Origin: Candidatus Latescibacterota bacterium
GTDB lineage: Bacteria; Latescibacterota; UBA2968
Length of the DNA stretch: 64,000 nucleotides
Reading direction: 5' to 3'
Assembly: GCA_965204745.1 (NCBI GenBank)
Contig: OZ242010.1
Coordinates: 1,472,001 to 1,536,000, forward strand
Under the pieces are notes generated by a model. It was not told the DNA's origin and searched no databases. It saw nothing but the letters and a program-made list of their open reading frames with translations. Every line of letters begins with the position of its first letter. Within the stretch, counting starts at the first letter, position 1. A program made the translations under genes and the position numbers. Positions 16,802 through 26,685 of this stretch are shown here, piece by piece.

Positions 16802-17812
16802 CTATTCCTCGCTGTATTTGATGCGCGGATCCAGCCATGCATAGAGCAAATCCGCGATCAAGTTGATCAGGACAAAGGTCGTGGAGACGATCAGCACGCC
16901 CCCTTGAATGGCGCGAAAATCGCGCGCGTACACGGATAGCAACAGCCAACGCCCGACCCCTGGCCAGGCAAAAATACTCTCGGTCAAAACCGCGCCGCCG
17001 AGCAAATAGCCAAATTGCAGACTGATGACAGTCAGCACCGGGATAAACGCATTTTTCAAGGCATGGCGCGCAATCACCACCCGTTCAGACAGCCCTTTGG
17101 CCCATGCGGTTCGCACGTAATCCTCGCGCAACACCTCCAGCAAACTCGACCGGGTCATGCGCGCAATCACCGCCGCGGGCACGGTGCCCAGGGTCACGCC
17201 GGGCAAAATCAGGTGCCAGAGCGCGTCTCCAAACGCGGGCAGGTCGCCTGCTAGCAAGCTGTCGATGAGGTACAATCCCGTGACCGGGTGGATAAACACA
17301 TGCGAACTGAGACGCCCAGAGACCGGGAACACGGGTAGCGAAACCGCGAGGCCGAGGATCAGCAACAAGCCCAGCCAGAAGATCGGCACGGACACCCCGG
17401 CCAGCGACGCGGTCATCCCGATGTAGTCCCACCAGGTGCCGCGGCGAATGGCGGACACAATCCCCGCGCCAATGCCGAGCACGCACGCAAAGACCATGCT
17501 GACCAGCGTCAATTCCATCGTCGCGGGAAAACGCGCCATCAACTCCACGGACACGCGCTCGTGCGACTTGATCGACCGCCCCAAATCGCCCTGCATCAGG
17601 TCCGAGAGATAGCGTCCAAATTGCACATGCAAGGGCTGATCCAACCCCAAATCGCGCCGCAACGCGGCCAAACTTTCCGCACTCGCCCGCTCGCCCAGCA
17701 TCACCTGCGCCGGGTCGCCGGGGACGAGATGGACCATAAAAAAAATGAGCACCGTAATGCCGAACAATGTGGGAATCAGTGCCAGTAGTCGTTTGAGAAT
17801 GTAGATGTGCAA
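16802..17812 (-). CDS. dppB: Peptide/nickel ABC transporter permease (DppB/OppB family)
   Basis: YILKRLL, PGDPA, LGLDQPL, RMTRSSLLEVLREDYVRTAWAKGL; probable TTG start at 17812 with SD GGAG. Confidence 0.92.
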   Translation of the reverse strand: MHIYILKRLLALIPTLFGITVLIFFMVHLVPGDPAQVMLGERASAESLAALRRDLGLDQPLHVQFGRYLSDLMQGDLGRSIKSHERVSVELMARFPATMELTLVSMVFACVLGIGAGIVSAIRRGTWWDYIGMTASLAGVSVPIFWLGLLLILGLAVSLPVFPVSGRLSSHVFIHPVTGLYLIDSLLAGDLPAFGDALWHLILPGVTLGTVPAAVIARMTRSSLLEVLREDYVRTAWAKGLSERVVIARHALKNAFIPVLTVISLQFGYLLGGAVLTESIFAWPGVGRWLLLSVYARDFRAIQGGVLIVSTTFVLINLIADLLYAWLDPRIKYSEE

Positions 17813-17954
17813 GGGAATGCTCCAAAGGCGGTGAGAGGGAAGGCGGTGAGAGGGGAGACGCAAGAGGGGAGAGGGAAAGGCGAAAAGCAACCACAGATGA
17901 ACGCGGATGAGGGGCAAAAGGGGCTAGATGCCGGTAGCTGATTTTCAAACGCGT

Positions 17955-18920
17955 TCAAAACTTCACAAAATACACCACGCGGAGTTCGCGGTCCGGATGT
18001 GGCTCGCGCATGCCATTGCGAAAAATGTTCTTCAAATCAAATTCCACGGCAAAACTGCCGGACGCGGCGACGCGGAGGCCCGCATTCAGAAATCCCTTTC
18101 CGGACCCCAAACTGTTGTCCGCGTTGTCATTCAATCCCAAATCGTATTCTGCCAACAGCATCGCGTATCGCCCAAGCCCGACATCGACCCCGACATAGCC
18201 CGTCACCGTGTCGTCGCCGTCGTCATCCTCAAAACTGCGGTTCGCGCCGACGTGAATGCCCGCGTGCCCCGCGAACCACATGAAATTTTTGCTGGCGACG
18301 ACGTACACGCCCTTGGACTTTTTGGTATAGCGTTTCAACTCCTCGTCATACGTCCCGTATCCCTGAGACGCATAGCCCACCGCAATGCCCGGCATCTTAT
18401 ATCCCTCTTCCAGCACCCGCACGCGGGCTGAAAATTCCACGCGCGGATTCAATGACACCGCGTCCTCACCCAACAGATCGCGCCCGCCAAACGAGATGCC
18501 CGCCATGCCGCGGCCGAACATGCCGACCGACAAATGGCCCAAAATGCCATCGCCCTCGTAAAACCGAAAATCCACCCCGACGCTGCCTCCGGGCAACAAC
18601 CCCGCGGTGGGGGATTCGACCAACTGTCGCGGCTCCAAGTCCTGCTGTGCCTCAACGTGCGTAGCGGTCAAAACGCACAACGCGGCGAGGAGTAAGACGG
18701 GAGACGGAAGACGGGAGTTTAGCCACGAGCGGGGTACAACTGGCGACAGCCAGTTCAAAAACAAAAAAACACAATGAGCCACAAAAGGCACAAAAACACA
18801 AAAGGCGAACGGTAGGGGCGATGCCCCCGTGCTCGCCCGAAGAGATGGGAGGCGGGAGACCCGTCCATTCTGACCGCTACGCGATTCGATTTGCCGTTCT
18901 GTCAATCCTCTTTTAGCCAT
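17955..18920 (-). CDS. Outer-membrane beta-barrel protein (YjbH-like); N-terminus contains inserted repeats
   Basis: LVESPTAGLL, amphipathic beta strands, C-terminal YFVKF; ATG at 18920 overlaps the tsaE stop; start uncertain. Confidence 0.65.
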   Translation of the reverse strand: MAKRGLTERQIESRSGQNGRVSRLPSLRASTGASPLPFAFCVFVPFVAHCVFLFLNWLSPVVPRSWLNSRLPSPVLLLAALCVLTATHVEAQQDLEPRQLVESPTAGLLPGGSVGVDFRFYEGDGILGHLSVGMFGRGMAGISFGGRDLLGEDAVSLNPRVEFSARVRVLEEGYKMPGIAVGYASQGYGTYDEELKRYTKKSKGVYVVASKNFMWFAGHAGIHVGANRSFEDDDGDDTVTGYVGVDVGLGRYAMLLAEYDLGLNDNADNSLGSGKGFLNAGLRVAASGSFAVEFDLKNIFRNGMREPHPDRELRVVYFVKF

Positions 18921-19386
18921 ATCGCCTTCCGAATGCTATGGTTAGATTTCGCATCGTCTCGCCCGCATGGTCAAAACGCACGTCAATCGCGTGCTCGGGA
19001 ATCAGTTCGCCCCCCAAATCTGCCCATTCGATCAAACAAACGCCCGCGCCGAAAAACAAATCATCGCCCCCGATAGCGTGTAGCTCCTCCGGACTGCCCA
19101 ACCGATACAGATCAAAGTGATACACAGGCAGGGGCGTGCCATCGGCTGCGGCCCCCGCGTATTCATTGACGATCACAAATGTCGGACTCGTCACCGCATC
19201 AATCACGCGCAAGCCCTCGCAAACGCCTTGCACAAAGCAGGTCTTGCCACTGCCCAACTCGCCGGTGAGGGCCACGCAATCCCCGGGCTCGAGTCGCGCC
19301 GCGAGGTCCCGCCCGAGTTGGTGTGTTTGATCCGGAGATGCAGAGAGATGTTTGGTCGTTTTATTTGATCTGTTCATCGTTTCCAT
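18913..19386 (-). CDS. tsaE: tRNA t6A biosynthesis ATPase TsaE
   Basis: LTGELGSGKT, VTSPTFVIVNEY, YHFDLYRL, LIEWAD. Confidence 0.96.
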   Translation of the reverse strand: METMNRSNKTTKHLSASPDQTHQLGRDLAARLEPGDCVALTGELGSGKTCFVQGVCEGLRVIDAVTSPTFVIVNEYAGAAADGTPLPVYHFDLYRLGSPEELHAIGGDDLFFGAGVCLIEWADLGGELIPEHAIDVRFDHAGETMRNLTIAFGRRYG

Positions 19387-19614
19387 GTTCTCCGCTTCCT
19401 CATCTCGTAGGCCGGCCAGTTCCGCCCGATAGACAGTCTCACAAAAGTGGGTGGAAGAGGGGCGAGATGAAGTTCAATAAACTCAAGACAGGTGCTGATA
19501 CGGTGCTAAATTGTGTTGACATTTGAAAAATATTGCTTATTCTAGACATCCGCAACAATGGCCTAAAATTGTAGATTTCGTTTTTCACAACATCGACAGC
19601 GAAAGGAGTGACTC

Positions 19615-20358
19615 ATGCCGAGAACAACGCAATGGATGCAGGTATTGTCTGCCCTAGAACAACTGGGCGGTATCGCTACATTATCACAGTTAAATCACGT
19701 CCTACTTTCTCCAGATGGGGACGGGGTGAATTGGAAGACCAATACGCCGGAGGCGACGATACGTCGCATTGTGAGGCAAAAGACCGACCACTTTTATTCT
19801 GTTAAACCGGGTTTGTACTGCATTCGGGAGTTGGCAACAAAGTTTGAGAAAGAGTACACCCTTCCGCAACAAGATGACATTCCCTCCAAAGTGGCGGATC
19901 GCAATCACTGGTATTATCAGGGTTTAATGGTTGAAATCGGCAAGGCACAGGGGTACAAAACCTATGTTCCCCCGCAAGACAAAAATCGGATATTCGTCAA
20001 CCGAAAACTCGGCGATGTCTGCGATATAACGAATCTGCCAAATTTCGGCTACCGAGATCTTATGCGTAGAGCCAGAACCGTGGATGTCATCTGGTTCAAC
20101 CGGCGAAACATGCCAGCAAAGATGTTCGAGATTGAAGTTTCGACTGATATGTTAAATTCATTGACTAAATTTAACGAACTGCGCGACTTTTGTACCGCAC
20201 TCAAAATCATCGCCCCTTCACGCCGAAAAAATCACTTCACCGGCAGAATTGAAATGGACACGTTTTACGAAATTCGCGGACGAGTGAAATTTTTGGGATT
20301 TGAGGAATTGGAGAAAAACTACGCTTCTGGCAAATACACCTTTAGTAAGCAAGAATGA
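19615..20358 (+). CDS. HARE-HTH-like domain fused to a PD-(D/E)XK restriction-endonuclease-like domain
   Basis: N-terminal WKTNTPEATIRR..GLY winged-helix pattern; C-terminal VDVIWF...FEIEVST nuclease motif; lower GC; own TTGACA-16-TATTCT promoter at 19516-19543. Confidence 0.7.
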   Translation: MPRTTQWMQVLSALEQLGGIATLSQLNHVLLSPDGDGVNWKTNTPEATIRRIVRQKTDHFYSVKPGLYCIRELATKFEKEYTLPQQDDIPSKVADRNHWYYQGLMVEIGKAQGYKTYVPPQDKNRIFVNRKLGDVCDITNLPNFGYRDLMRRARTVDVIWFNRRNMPAKMFEIEVSTDMLNSLTKFNELRDFCTALKIIAPSRRKNHFTGRIEMDTFYEIRGRVKFLGFEELEKNYASGKYTFSKQE

Positions 20359-20512
20359 ATCCCGATAAATCGCGAATGACAGACAAAAGGCGAGAACATA
20401 GGGACCCACTCCTACATTCTTGCCTTTTATTTTTATTTTTCTATGGCTACTGCTCACTTGCCGAGGATGGCGGCTGGGCGGACTGACTACTGACTACTTG
20501 GAACTACTCAAC

Positions 20513-22306
20513 CTATCCCACCAGCGCGAGCACCTGTCCATTGCTCACTTGGTCGCCGATGTCGAGGGGCATTTCGACGAGTGTACCTGCCACGGGCGCG
20601 GTGATCTGCACTTCCATCTTCATGGCTTCCAAAATGAGAATGACTTCGCCCTCTTGGACGCGATCACCTGCCTGCTTCAAAATCCGAATGACCTTGCCGG
20701 GCATCTGCGCGTGTACAGGTGCGGCATTGGTGCCCGACGTCGAATCCCGAGTCGGCTCTGCGTCCTGTATCTCGACGGTGTACGTCTTGCCATTGACGGT
20801 TGCGAGCTTGCCATCGATCTGCACGCGCACGGTTTTGCCATTGACCTGCAAGGCGTATTCTGCGGCGCCATCTGCCGCGGGCGCGGGTGCTCCATCCTGC
20901 TTTTCGACCTTCCGCACGCCGATCTCGCCCTTGCCCTTCAAAAAATCCATCCCCTTATCGCCGCACGTCGCCAGAATAAAAATGTGCTCGTCCGTCGCCT
21001 CAATCCCCTCGGCGTCCAACAGGTGTTGCGCGGCGGCTCTGCCCTTTTGCGGGTCCGCATCATTGCGTTCGAGAGGCGGTTGATCCGTGGGTTCAAGCCC
21101 CAACTGCTCGGACGCGATTTTTACGACCTCGGGATCGGGCGGCACAGGGGTTTTGCCAAAATAACCGAGCACCATCTGCCCGTAGGGTTCGGCGATTCTT
21201 TCCCACGCGCCAAACATCACGTTGTTGAAGGCTTGCTGAAAATAGAATTGCGACACGGGCGTGACCGACGTGCCAAACCCCCCGCGCGCCACCACGTCGC
21301 CCATGGCTTTGATCATATCGGGATATTTGTCCATAATGCCATTGTCGCGCAACATCTGCGTGTTGGCGGTCAGCGCGCCGCCCGGCATGGGGCTCCACGG
21401 AATCAGGGGTTCGACCGCCGTGGCTTCTGGCGGCAAAAAATAATCCGCCATGCACTCCTTAAACACCTCTTCGGCATCGCGGACTTTCTCAATGTCGATA
21501 TCCAAATCGTAATCCGTGCCGCGCAGGGCGTGCCACATCACCAAAATATCGGGCTGACAGGTGCCTCCGGAACACGGCGCCAGAGACAGATCGATGGCAT
21601 CGGCGCCCGCATCCAACGCGGCGAGATTGGCCTGCACGCTGATCCCGGCGGTTTCATGGGTGTGAAAGTGAATCCACGTATCGGCAGGCAAGAGGTTGCG
21701 CGCCCGCTCGATAGTCTCATACACCTTCGACGGCACAGCCGTACCGGACGCATCCTTAAAACACACGGAGTCGTAGGGAATGTCGGCGTCCAAAATCCCG
21801 CGCAAGGTCTGCTCGTAAAAATCCGCGTCGTGCGCGCCTTCGCAACCCGGGGGCAATTCCATCAAGGTGACGCACACTTGGTGGTGCAACCCGGCATCTA
21901 CGATGCACTGCCCGCTGTAGATCAAGTTATCCACGTCGTTGAGCGCGTCAAAATTGCGAATGGTCGTAATGCCGTGCTTTTTGAACAACTCGGCGTGCAA
22001 TTTGATGATGTCACTCGACTGGGATTCCAGCCCGACCACGTTCACGCCGCGCGCCAGCGTTTGCAAATTGGCATCCGGGCCTGCGGCTTCGCGGAACGCA
22101 TCGGTCATGGCAAACGCATCTTCGTTGCAATAAAAGTACAGGGACTGAAACCGCGCCCCGCCGCCGGCTTCGTAATAATCGATGCCGGCTTCGCGCGCGG
22201 CCTCCACTGCGGGCAAAAAATCGGCTGTGAACACGCGCGCGCCGTACACGGACTGAAAACCATCTCGAAACGCCGTACACATAAATGTCACTTTTTTCTT
22301 TTTCAT
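20513..22306 (-). CDS. oadA: Oxaloacetate decarboxylase alpha / pyruvate carboxylase B subunit with biotin carrier domain
   Basis: FRDGFQS, FKDASG, HFHTHET, MPGGALTAN, VTPVSQF, C-terminal EAMKM biotin motif. Confidence 0.88.
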   Translation of the reverse strand: MKKKKVTFMCTAFRDGFQSVYGARVFTADFLPAVEAAREAGIDYYEAGGGARFQSLYFYCNEDAFAMTDAFREAAGPDANLQTLARGVNVVGLESQSSDIIKLHAELFKKHGITTIRNFDALNDVDNLIYSGQCIVDAGLHHQVCVTLMELPPGCEGAHDADFYEQTLRGILDADIPYDSVCFKDASGTAVPSKVYETIERARNLLPADTWIHFHTHETAGISVQANLAALDAGADAIDLSLAPCSGGTCQPDILVMWHALRGTDYDLDIDIEKVRDAEEVFKECMADYFLPPEATAVEPLIPWSPMPGGALTANTQMLRDNGIMDKYPDMIKAMGDVVARGGFGTSVTPVSQFYFQQAFNNVMFGAWERIAEPYGQMVLGYFGKTPVPPDPEVVKIASEQLGLEPTDQPPLERNDADPQKGRAAAQHLLDAEGIEATDEHIFILATCGDKGMDFLKGKGEIGVRKVEKQDGAPAPAADGAAEYALQVNGKTVRVQIDGKLATVNGKTYTVEIQDAEPTRDSTSGTNAAPVHAQMPGKVIRILKQAGDRVQEGEVILILEAMKMEVQITAPVAGTLVEMPLDIGDQVSNGQVLALVG

Positions 22307-22335
22307 AGCTCAAAATCCTTCGACGAATACAGGGC

Positions 22336-23463
22336 CTACTGAACCAGCACGGACCACAAAATCCCCGCGGCAACAGCCGAACCGATCACCCCTGCCACAT
22401 TGGGCGCCATGGCGTGCATCAACAAAAAATTGTGCGCGTCTTCGCGCTGCCCCACCATTTGCACGACCCGCGCCGAGTCGGGCACAGCCGATACCCCTGC
22501 CGCGCCCACCAAGGGGTTGATCTTTTCCTTGCTCAACGCATTCATCAATTTTGCAAACAACACGCCACTAGCCGTTGCCACGGCAAAGGACAGCGCGCCC
22601 AGGCCAAAAATCAACAGCGATTGCGGGGTCAAAAATGTCTGCGCCTGCGTGCTCGCGCCCACGGAAAACCCGAGCAAAATCGTCACGATATCGACCATTG
22701 CCGTGCGCGCGGATTCCGCCAATCGGTCCGTGACCATGCTCTCTTTCAGCAAGTTGCCAAAAAACAACATGCCCAGCAGGGTCAACGCGCCCGGCGCGAT
22801 CAGCGTGGCGATCAAAAAGCCGGCGATGGGAAAAATAATGCGCTCGCGCTTGGAGGGCTTGCGCGGTTCGGGCATGCGGATCAACCGTTCGCGCTTTGTG
22901 GTCAGCAACATCATGACCGGCGGCTGAATCACCGGCACGAGTGCCATATACGAATAGGCCGCGATGGCGATAGCCCCCAAGAGGTGCGGCGCCAACTTGG
23001 CCGACAAGAAAATCGCGGTCGGCCCATCGGCCCCGCCGATGATCCCGATGGCGCCGGCCTCGGCGGGCGTAAATCCCAGGTACAGCGCGCCGATCAACGT
23101 CAGGAAAATGCCCATTTGCGCGGCGGCGCCCAACAGCACGAGTTTGGGATTGGACAACAGGGTGGAAAAATCGGTCATCGCGCCAATGCCCAAAAAAATC
23201 AGGGGTGGAAACAAGCCCGAGGTCACGCCAAAATAAATGTAGCGCAACACACTGCCCTCGTCATACACCCCAAGTGCCATGCTCGATATCGAGGGGATAT
23301 TGCCCACGATCATGCCAAAGCCAATGGGCAACAAGAGCAGGGGTTCGTAATCCTTGGTGATCGCCAGGTGGATGAACACGATGCCTATCGCGATCATGAT
23401 CCCATTGCCCACGCTCAAGTTGGCAAAGCCGGTCGTATTTAAGAAGTCGTAAAAAATATCCAT
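22336..23463 (-). CDS. oadB: Na+-translocating decarboxylase beta subunit
   Basis: EPLLLLPIGFG, FLGIGAMTDF, IGIIGGADGPTAIF, AYSYMALVP, NFLLMHAMAPNVAGVIGS. Confidence 0.96.
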   Translation of the reverse strand: MDIFYDFLNTTGFANLSVGNGIMIAIGIVFIHLAITKDYEPLLLLPIGFGMIVGNIPSISSMALGVYDEGSVLRYIYFGVTSGLFPPLIFLGIGAMTDFSTLLSNPKLVLLGAAAQMGIFLTLIGALYLGFTPAEAGAIGIIGGADGPTAIFLSAKLAPHLLGAIAIAAYSYMALVPVIQPPVMMLLTTKRERLIRMPEPRKPSKRERIIFPIAGFLIATLIAPGALTLLGMLFFGNLLKESMVTDRLAESARTAMVDIVTILLGFSVGASTQAQTFLTPQSLLIFGLGALSFAVATASGVLFAKLMNALSKEKINPLVGAAGVSAVPDSARVVQMVGQREDAHNFLLMHAMAPNVAGVIGSAVAAGILWSVLVQ

Positions 23464-23489
23464 CTGCCACCTATTCTCTAACGCTCGCC

Positions 23490-23741
23490 TTACCCCTTGC
23501 CCGCGCGCCGCATGTGCATCACAAACCCAATCGCGGCCATCAGCGGGCCATCGTCTTCCTGCCCTGCATGCCCTTCGGATTCGGGAAATTTCTTTGCTAT
23601 GACCGCCAACGCCTTGGGCAACAGGACGATGAACGCGCTGATCAACGCCAACACGCTGAACACGATGATCATCCCCGTCAGCGCAATCCCCAAGCCCTGA
23701 CCGTCTTCGATATTCTGCACACTAAAATTGAAATCGTACAT
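23490..23741 (-). CDS. oadG: Na+-translocating decarboxylase gamma subunit (OadG family)
   Basis: Small protein with one TM (GLGIALTGMIIVFSVLALI) and AAI..H tail, upstream of oadB. Confidence 0.85.
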   Translation of the reverse strand: MYDFNFSVQNIEDGQGLGIALTGMIIVFSVLALISAFIVLLPKALAVIAKKFPESEGHAGQEDDGPLMAAIGFVMHMRRAGKG

Positions 23742-23751
23742 AGATCACCAC

Positions 23752-23814
23752 AAAAAAGCCCCAACAGATAGGGGCTCGTTCACAAATTCGCCGAGACATT
23801 CCCGCCGTAAAGCC
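23752..23814 (-). promoter_or_regulatory. Candidate riboswitch/attenuator with intrinsic terminator in the oadG 5' UTR
   Basis: Promoter TTGACA(23847)-17-CACTAT; terminator AGCCCC/GGGGCT plus U tract about 10 nt before the ATG; 5' GGCUU can pair with GAGCC as an antiterminator. Confidence 0.6.
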
Positions 23815-23873
23815 GTAAATAGTGCAGGAAACAGAGGGGATTGTCAAGGCAAAAGCAACCGACAACTTCCGCA

Positions 23874-24134
23874 TCACAGCACGATCTGAATGCTATGATG
23901 GTGGATGAGGGCCGCGTAGATGTTGAGGCGGTGGGATTCGTTGAAAACGACCATGTCCAAATTCAAACTGCAATACTTACCGTGCCTGCTCTGGTTTGAA
24001 AACGTCAGCCGATAGGCGTAATCGCCCATAATCTCGGCAATGGCCTGACGCATGTGGTCTTCTTCGCGGCCGATCACTTTGAAATTCCAGGGGCACGGAT
24101 ATTCGATTTCCGGGCGTCTGTTGAGTCGTTGCAT
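23874..24134 (-). CDS. DUF493/YbeD-family protein
   Basis: IEYPCPWNFKVIG, SRHGKYCSLNL, IYAAL...IQIVL. Confidence 0.85.
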   Translation of the reverse strand: MQRLNRRPEIEYPCPWNFKVIGREEDHMRQAIAEIMGDYAYRLTFSNQSRHGKYCSLNLDMVVFNESHRLNIYAALIHHHSIQIVL

Positions 24135-24161
24135 AAAACACCTTTATCTTGCGAGAAAGGG

Positions 24162-24309
24162 TTAGACGATCTCTTCTTGGTGCTGTGCCAGTTCCACTGA
24201 TCGCTCGGCGCGTTCCCGCAGGGTGGCAATTTCTTGTTCTTTGAACAAGTCAATGATGATAATGGTCGTCTTTGAGTATCGCTTGGATCATGTCCGATTG
24301 CCGGGTCAT
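24162..24309 (-). pseudogene. Frameshifted gene remnant, possibly the N-terminus of a restriction-modification protein
   Basis: ATG overlaps the chorismate mutase stop; MTRQSDMIQAILKDDHYH then frameshift to DLFKEQEIATLRER...EEIV*; family recalled from memory only. Confidence 0.35.
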
Positions 24310-24611
24310 TTGTTCTCCGTCCCGTTTTGTTTCGAGTCGGAATCCGCGTGGTCTTCCTCCAAGCGCAGGGATTCGTCGATGATTTGTCGGAAAATGCGTT
24401 GCGCGGCCTCATGGCTCAAGGGCCCGGTATTCAAGGCGCGGATGCGGCTGAGAATCAGGGTTTCGCGGTCCGGAGCATAGAGGGGCAAACCCACGGCGCG
24501 CTTGATCTGCCCCACGGCCAACGCGCATTGGGCGCGCTCGTTGAGCAACGCGAGAATCTGTTCATTGAGCGAGTCGATTTTCTCGCGCCAGAAATCCAGA
24601 TCCTTGTCCAT
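24306..24611 (-). CDS. Chorismate mutase (AroQ type)
   Basis: LDFWREKIDSLNEQILALLNERA..VGQIK..YAPDRE..IFRQIIDES. Confidence 0.92.
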   Translation of the reverse strand: MDKDLDFWREKIDSLNEQILALLNERAQCALAVGQIKRAVGLPLYAPDRETLILSRIRALNTGPLSHEAAQRIFRQIIDESLRLEEDHADSDSKQNGTENK

Positions 24612-24614
24612 AAC

Positions 24615-25418
24615 TCACGCGCCTTTTCTCAAAGGGCCGATTAAAGACCCGACAAACGCGCCGACCTTGGCGACGAGGTCCGCATCATTTTGATACGCGC
24701 CGATGCGCCGCACAATCGCGCTACCCACGACCACCGCATCTGCATATCGCGCGAGTTCCGATACGTGTTCGGGCTTTGAAATCCCAAACCCAACGGCAAT
24801 CGGTATCGCCGCGTGCTGGCGAATGGCCGCGACCTTGGTTTGAATCTCATCCGCCAACTCATCGCGCTCGCCCGTCACGCCCGTGCGCGACACGTAATAG
24901 ACAAACCCGCGGGTATGCGACGCGATCAACGCCATTCGATCAGCACGAGTGGTGGGGGTCATTAGAAAAATGGTATCCAGCCCGTGCGCGTCCATTCGCG
25001 CTTTGTACTCGCCGCCCTCTTCCGGGGGCAAATCCAGCATCAGCACGCCGTCTATGCCCACTTCTGTTGCGCGTTCGACAAAGCGCGCGATGCCATAGCG
25101 ATGAATCGGATTGTAATAGGTGAACAGCACGATGGGGATTTCGGTTTCCGCACGCAGATCCGCGACCAATGACAACACGCCCTTGAGCGTCGCGCCTGCG
25201 CCCAAGGCGCGTTGAGACGCCTCTTGGATCACCGGGCCATCGGCCAAGGGATCGGAAAACGGAACGCCCAATTCGAGGATATCCACGCCTCGCCTATCCA
25301 ATTCCAACACGATCTGATGCGTGGTGGTCAACTCCGGATCGCCCGCCATAAGATACGCCACAAAGCCCGTTTGCCCGGCTTTTTGCAAGTCTTCAAACCG
25401 TTTTCCAATGCGCGTCAT
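24615..25418 (-). CDS. trpA: Tryptophan synthase alpha chain
   Basis: ELGVPFSDPLADGPVIQ, YYVSRTGVTG, VGFGIS, VVVGSAIV. Confidence 0.98.
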   Translation of the reverse strand: MTRIGKRFEDLQKAGQTGFVAYLMAGDPELTTTHQIVLELDRRGVDILELGVPFSDPLADGPVIQEASQRALGAGATLKGVLSLVADLRAETEIPIVLFTYYNPIHRYGIARFVERATEVGIDGVLMLDLPPEEGGEYKARMDAHGLDTIFLMTPTTRADRMALIASHTRGFVYYVSRTGVTGERDELADEIQTKVAAIRQHAAIPIAVGFGISKPEHVSELARYADAVVVGSAIVRRIGAYQNDADLVAKVGAFVGSLIGPLRKGA

Positions 25419-25463
25419 GATCGTCCTTGCGGTCAGCGGTGGTGAGGGGTAACTGACTACTGG

Positions 25464-26657
25464 CTACTGACTGGCTACTTGTTGCACATCTTTGTCGCCG
25501 CGGCCGGACAGATTGACGATCACAATCTGATCCCGTTGCATTTTAGGGGCCAGTTTGCAAACGTGGGCTATGGCGTGGGAACTTTCCAGCGCGGGGATAA
25601 TGCCCTCGCTGCGGCCGAGCAACTCAAAGGCGCGCAGGGCCTCTCGGTCTGTGGCATACGTGTAGGTCGTGCGCGCCATGTCCCGCAAATAACAATGCTC
25701 TGGCCCCACGCCCGAATAGTCAAGCCCTGCGGAAACCGAGTGCGTCAGCGCGATTTGCCCGTCGTCGTCTTGCAACACGTAGATGCGTGCGCCGTGCAAC
25801 ACGCCCAATTCGCCGCCGTTGAACCGCGCCGCGTGGTCGCCGGATGCAATGCCCCGGCCGCCGGCCTCCACGCCGATCATCTGCACATCGGCATCGTCCA
25901 AAAAGGCGTGAAACAACCCGATGGAATTGCTGCCCCCACCCACGCACGCGATGAGCACATCGGGCAAGCGGTCTTCTCGCGTCAAAATTTGCGCGCGCGC
26001 CTCCACGCCGATGACCCGCTGAAAATCGCGCACGATCATCGGGTAGGGATGCGGGCCCAAGACCGAGCCGAAAATGTAAAAGGTGTCATCGACATGCGTG
26101 ACCCAATCGCGGATGGCTTCGTTGATCGCGTCTTTCAGTGTTTTGCTGCCCGAATGCACGCCCGTGACTTGCGCGCCCAAAAGGCGCATGCGAAACACGT
26201 TGAGGGCCTGGCGTTCCATGTCTTCAACGCCCATATAGACTTCGCATTGCAAGCCGAACATCGCCGCGACAGTGGCGGTTGCTACGCCGTGTTGCCCCGC
26301 GCCGGTTTCGGCGATGATGCGCGTTTTGCCCATGCGCTTGGCGAGCAAAATCTGCCCCATCGTATTGTTGATTTTATGCGCGCCGGTATGGGCGAGGTCT
26401 TCGCGCTTGAGATAAATTTTCGCGCCGCCCAGATATTCGGTCAATCGCTCGGCAAAATAAAGCGGCGTGGGCCGCCCCACAAACTCGCGCCAATAGCGGT
26501 CCAATTCGGCCCAAAACTCGGGATCGCGCTTGGCCTCCCAGTATGCCGCCTCCAAGTCTTGCAACAGCGCCATCAGTGTCTCGGGCACATATCGCCCGCC
26601 ATAAGGCCCAAAATGCCCGCGTGCATCGGGCAACGCAGTTGTGGTCATGTTTCGCAT
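25464..26657 (-). CDS. trpB: Tryptophan synthase beta chain
   Basis: [46 protein letters not shown]; start 26657 or 26648. Confidence 0.98.
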   Translation of the reverse strand: MRNMTTTALPDARGHFGPYGGRYVPETLMALLQDLEAAYWEAKRDPEFWAELDRYWREFVGRPTPLYFAERLTEYLGGAKIYLKREDLAHTGAHKINNTMGQILLAKRMGKTRIIAETGAGQHGVATATVAAMFGLQCEVYMGVEDMERQALNVFRMRLLGAQVTGVHSGSKTLKDAINEAIRDWVTHVDDTFYIFGSVLGPHPYPMIVRDFQRVIGVEARAQILTREDRLPDVLIACVGGGSNSIGLFHAFLDDADVQMIGVEAGGRGIASGDHAARFNGGELGVLHGARIYVLQDDDGQIALTHSVSAGLDYSGVGPEHCYLRDMARTTYTYATDREALRAFELLGRSEGIIPALESSHAIAHVCKLAPKMQRDQIVIVNLSGRGDKDVQQVASQ

Positions 26658-26685
26658 TTCTCTCTCATTTCTCCTTTTAAGGGAC

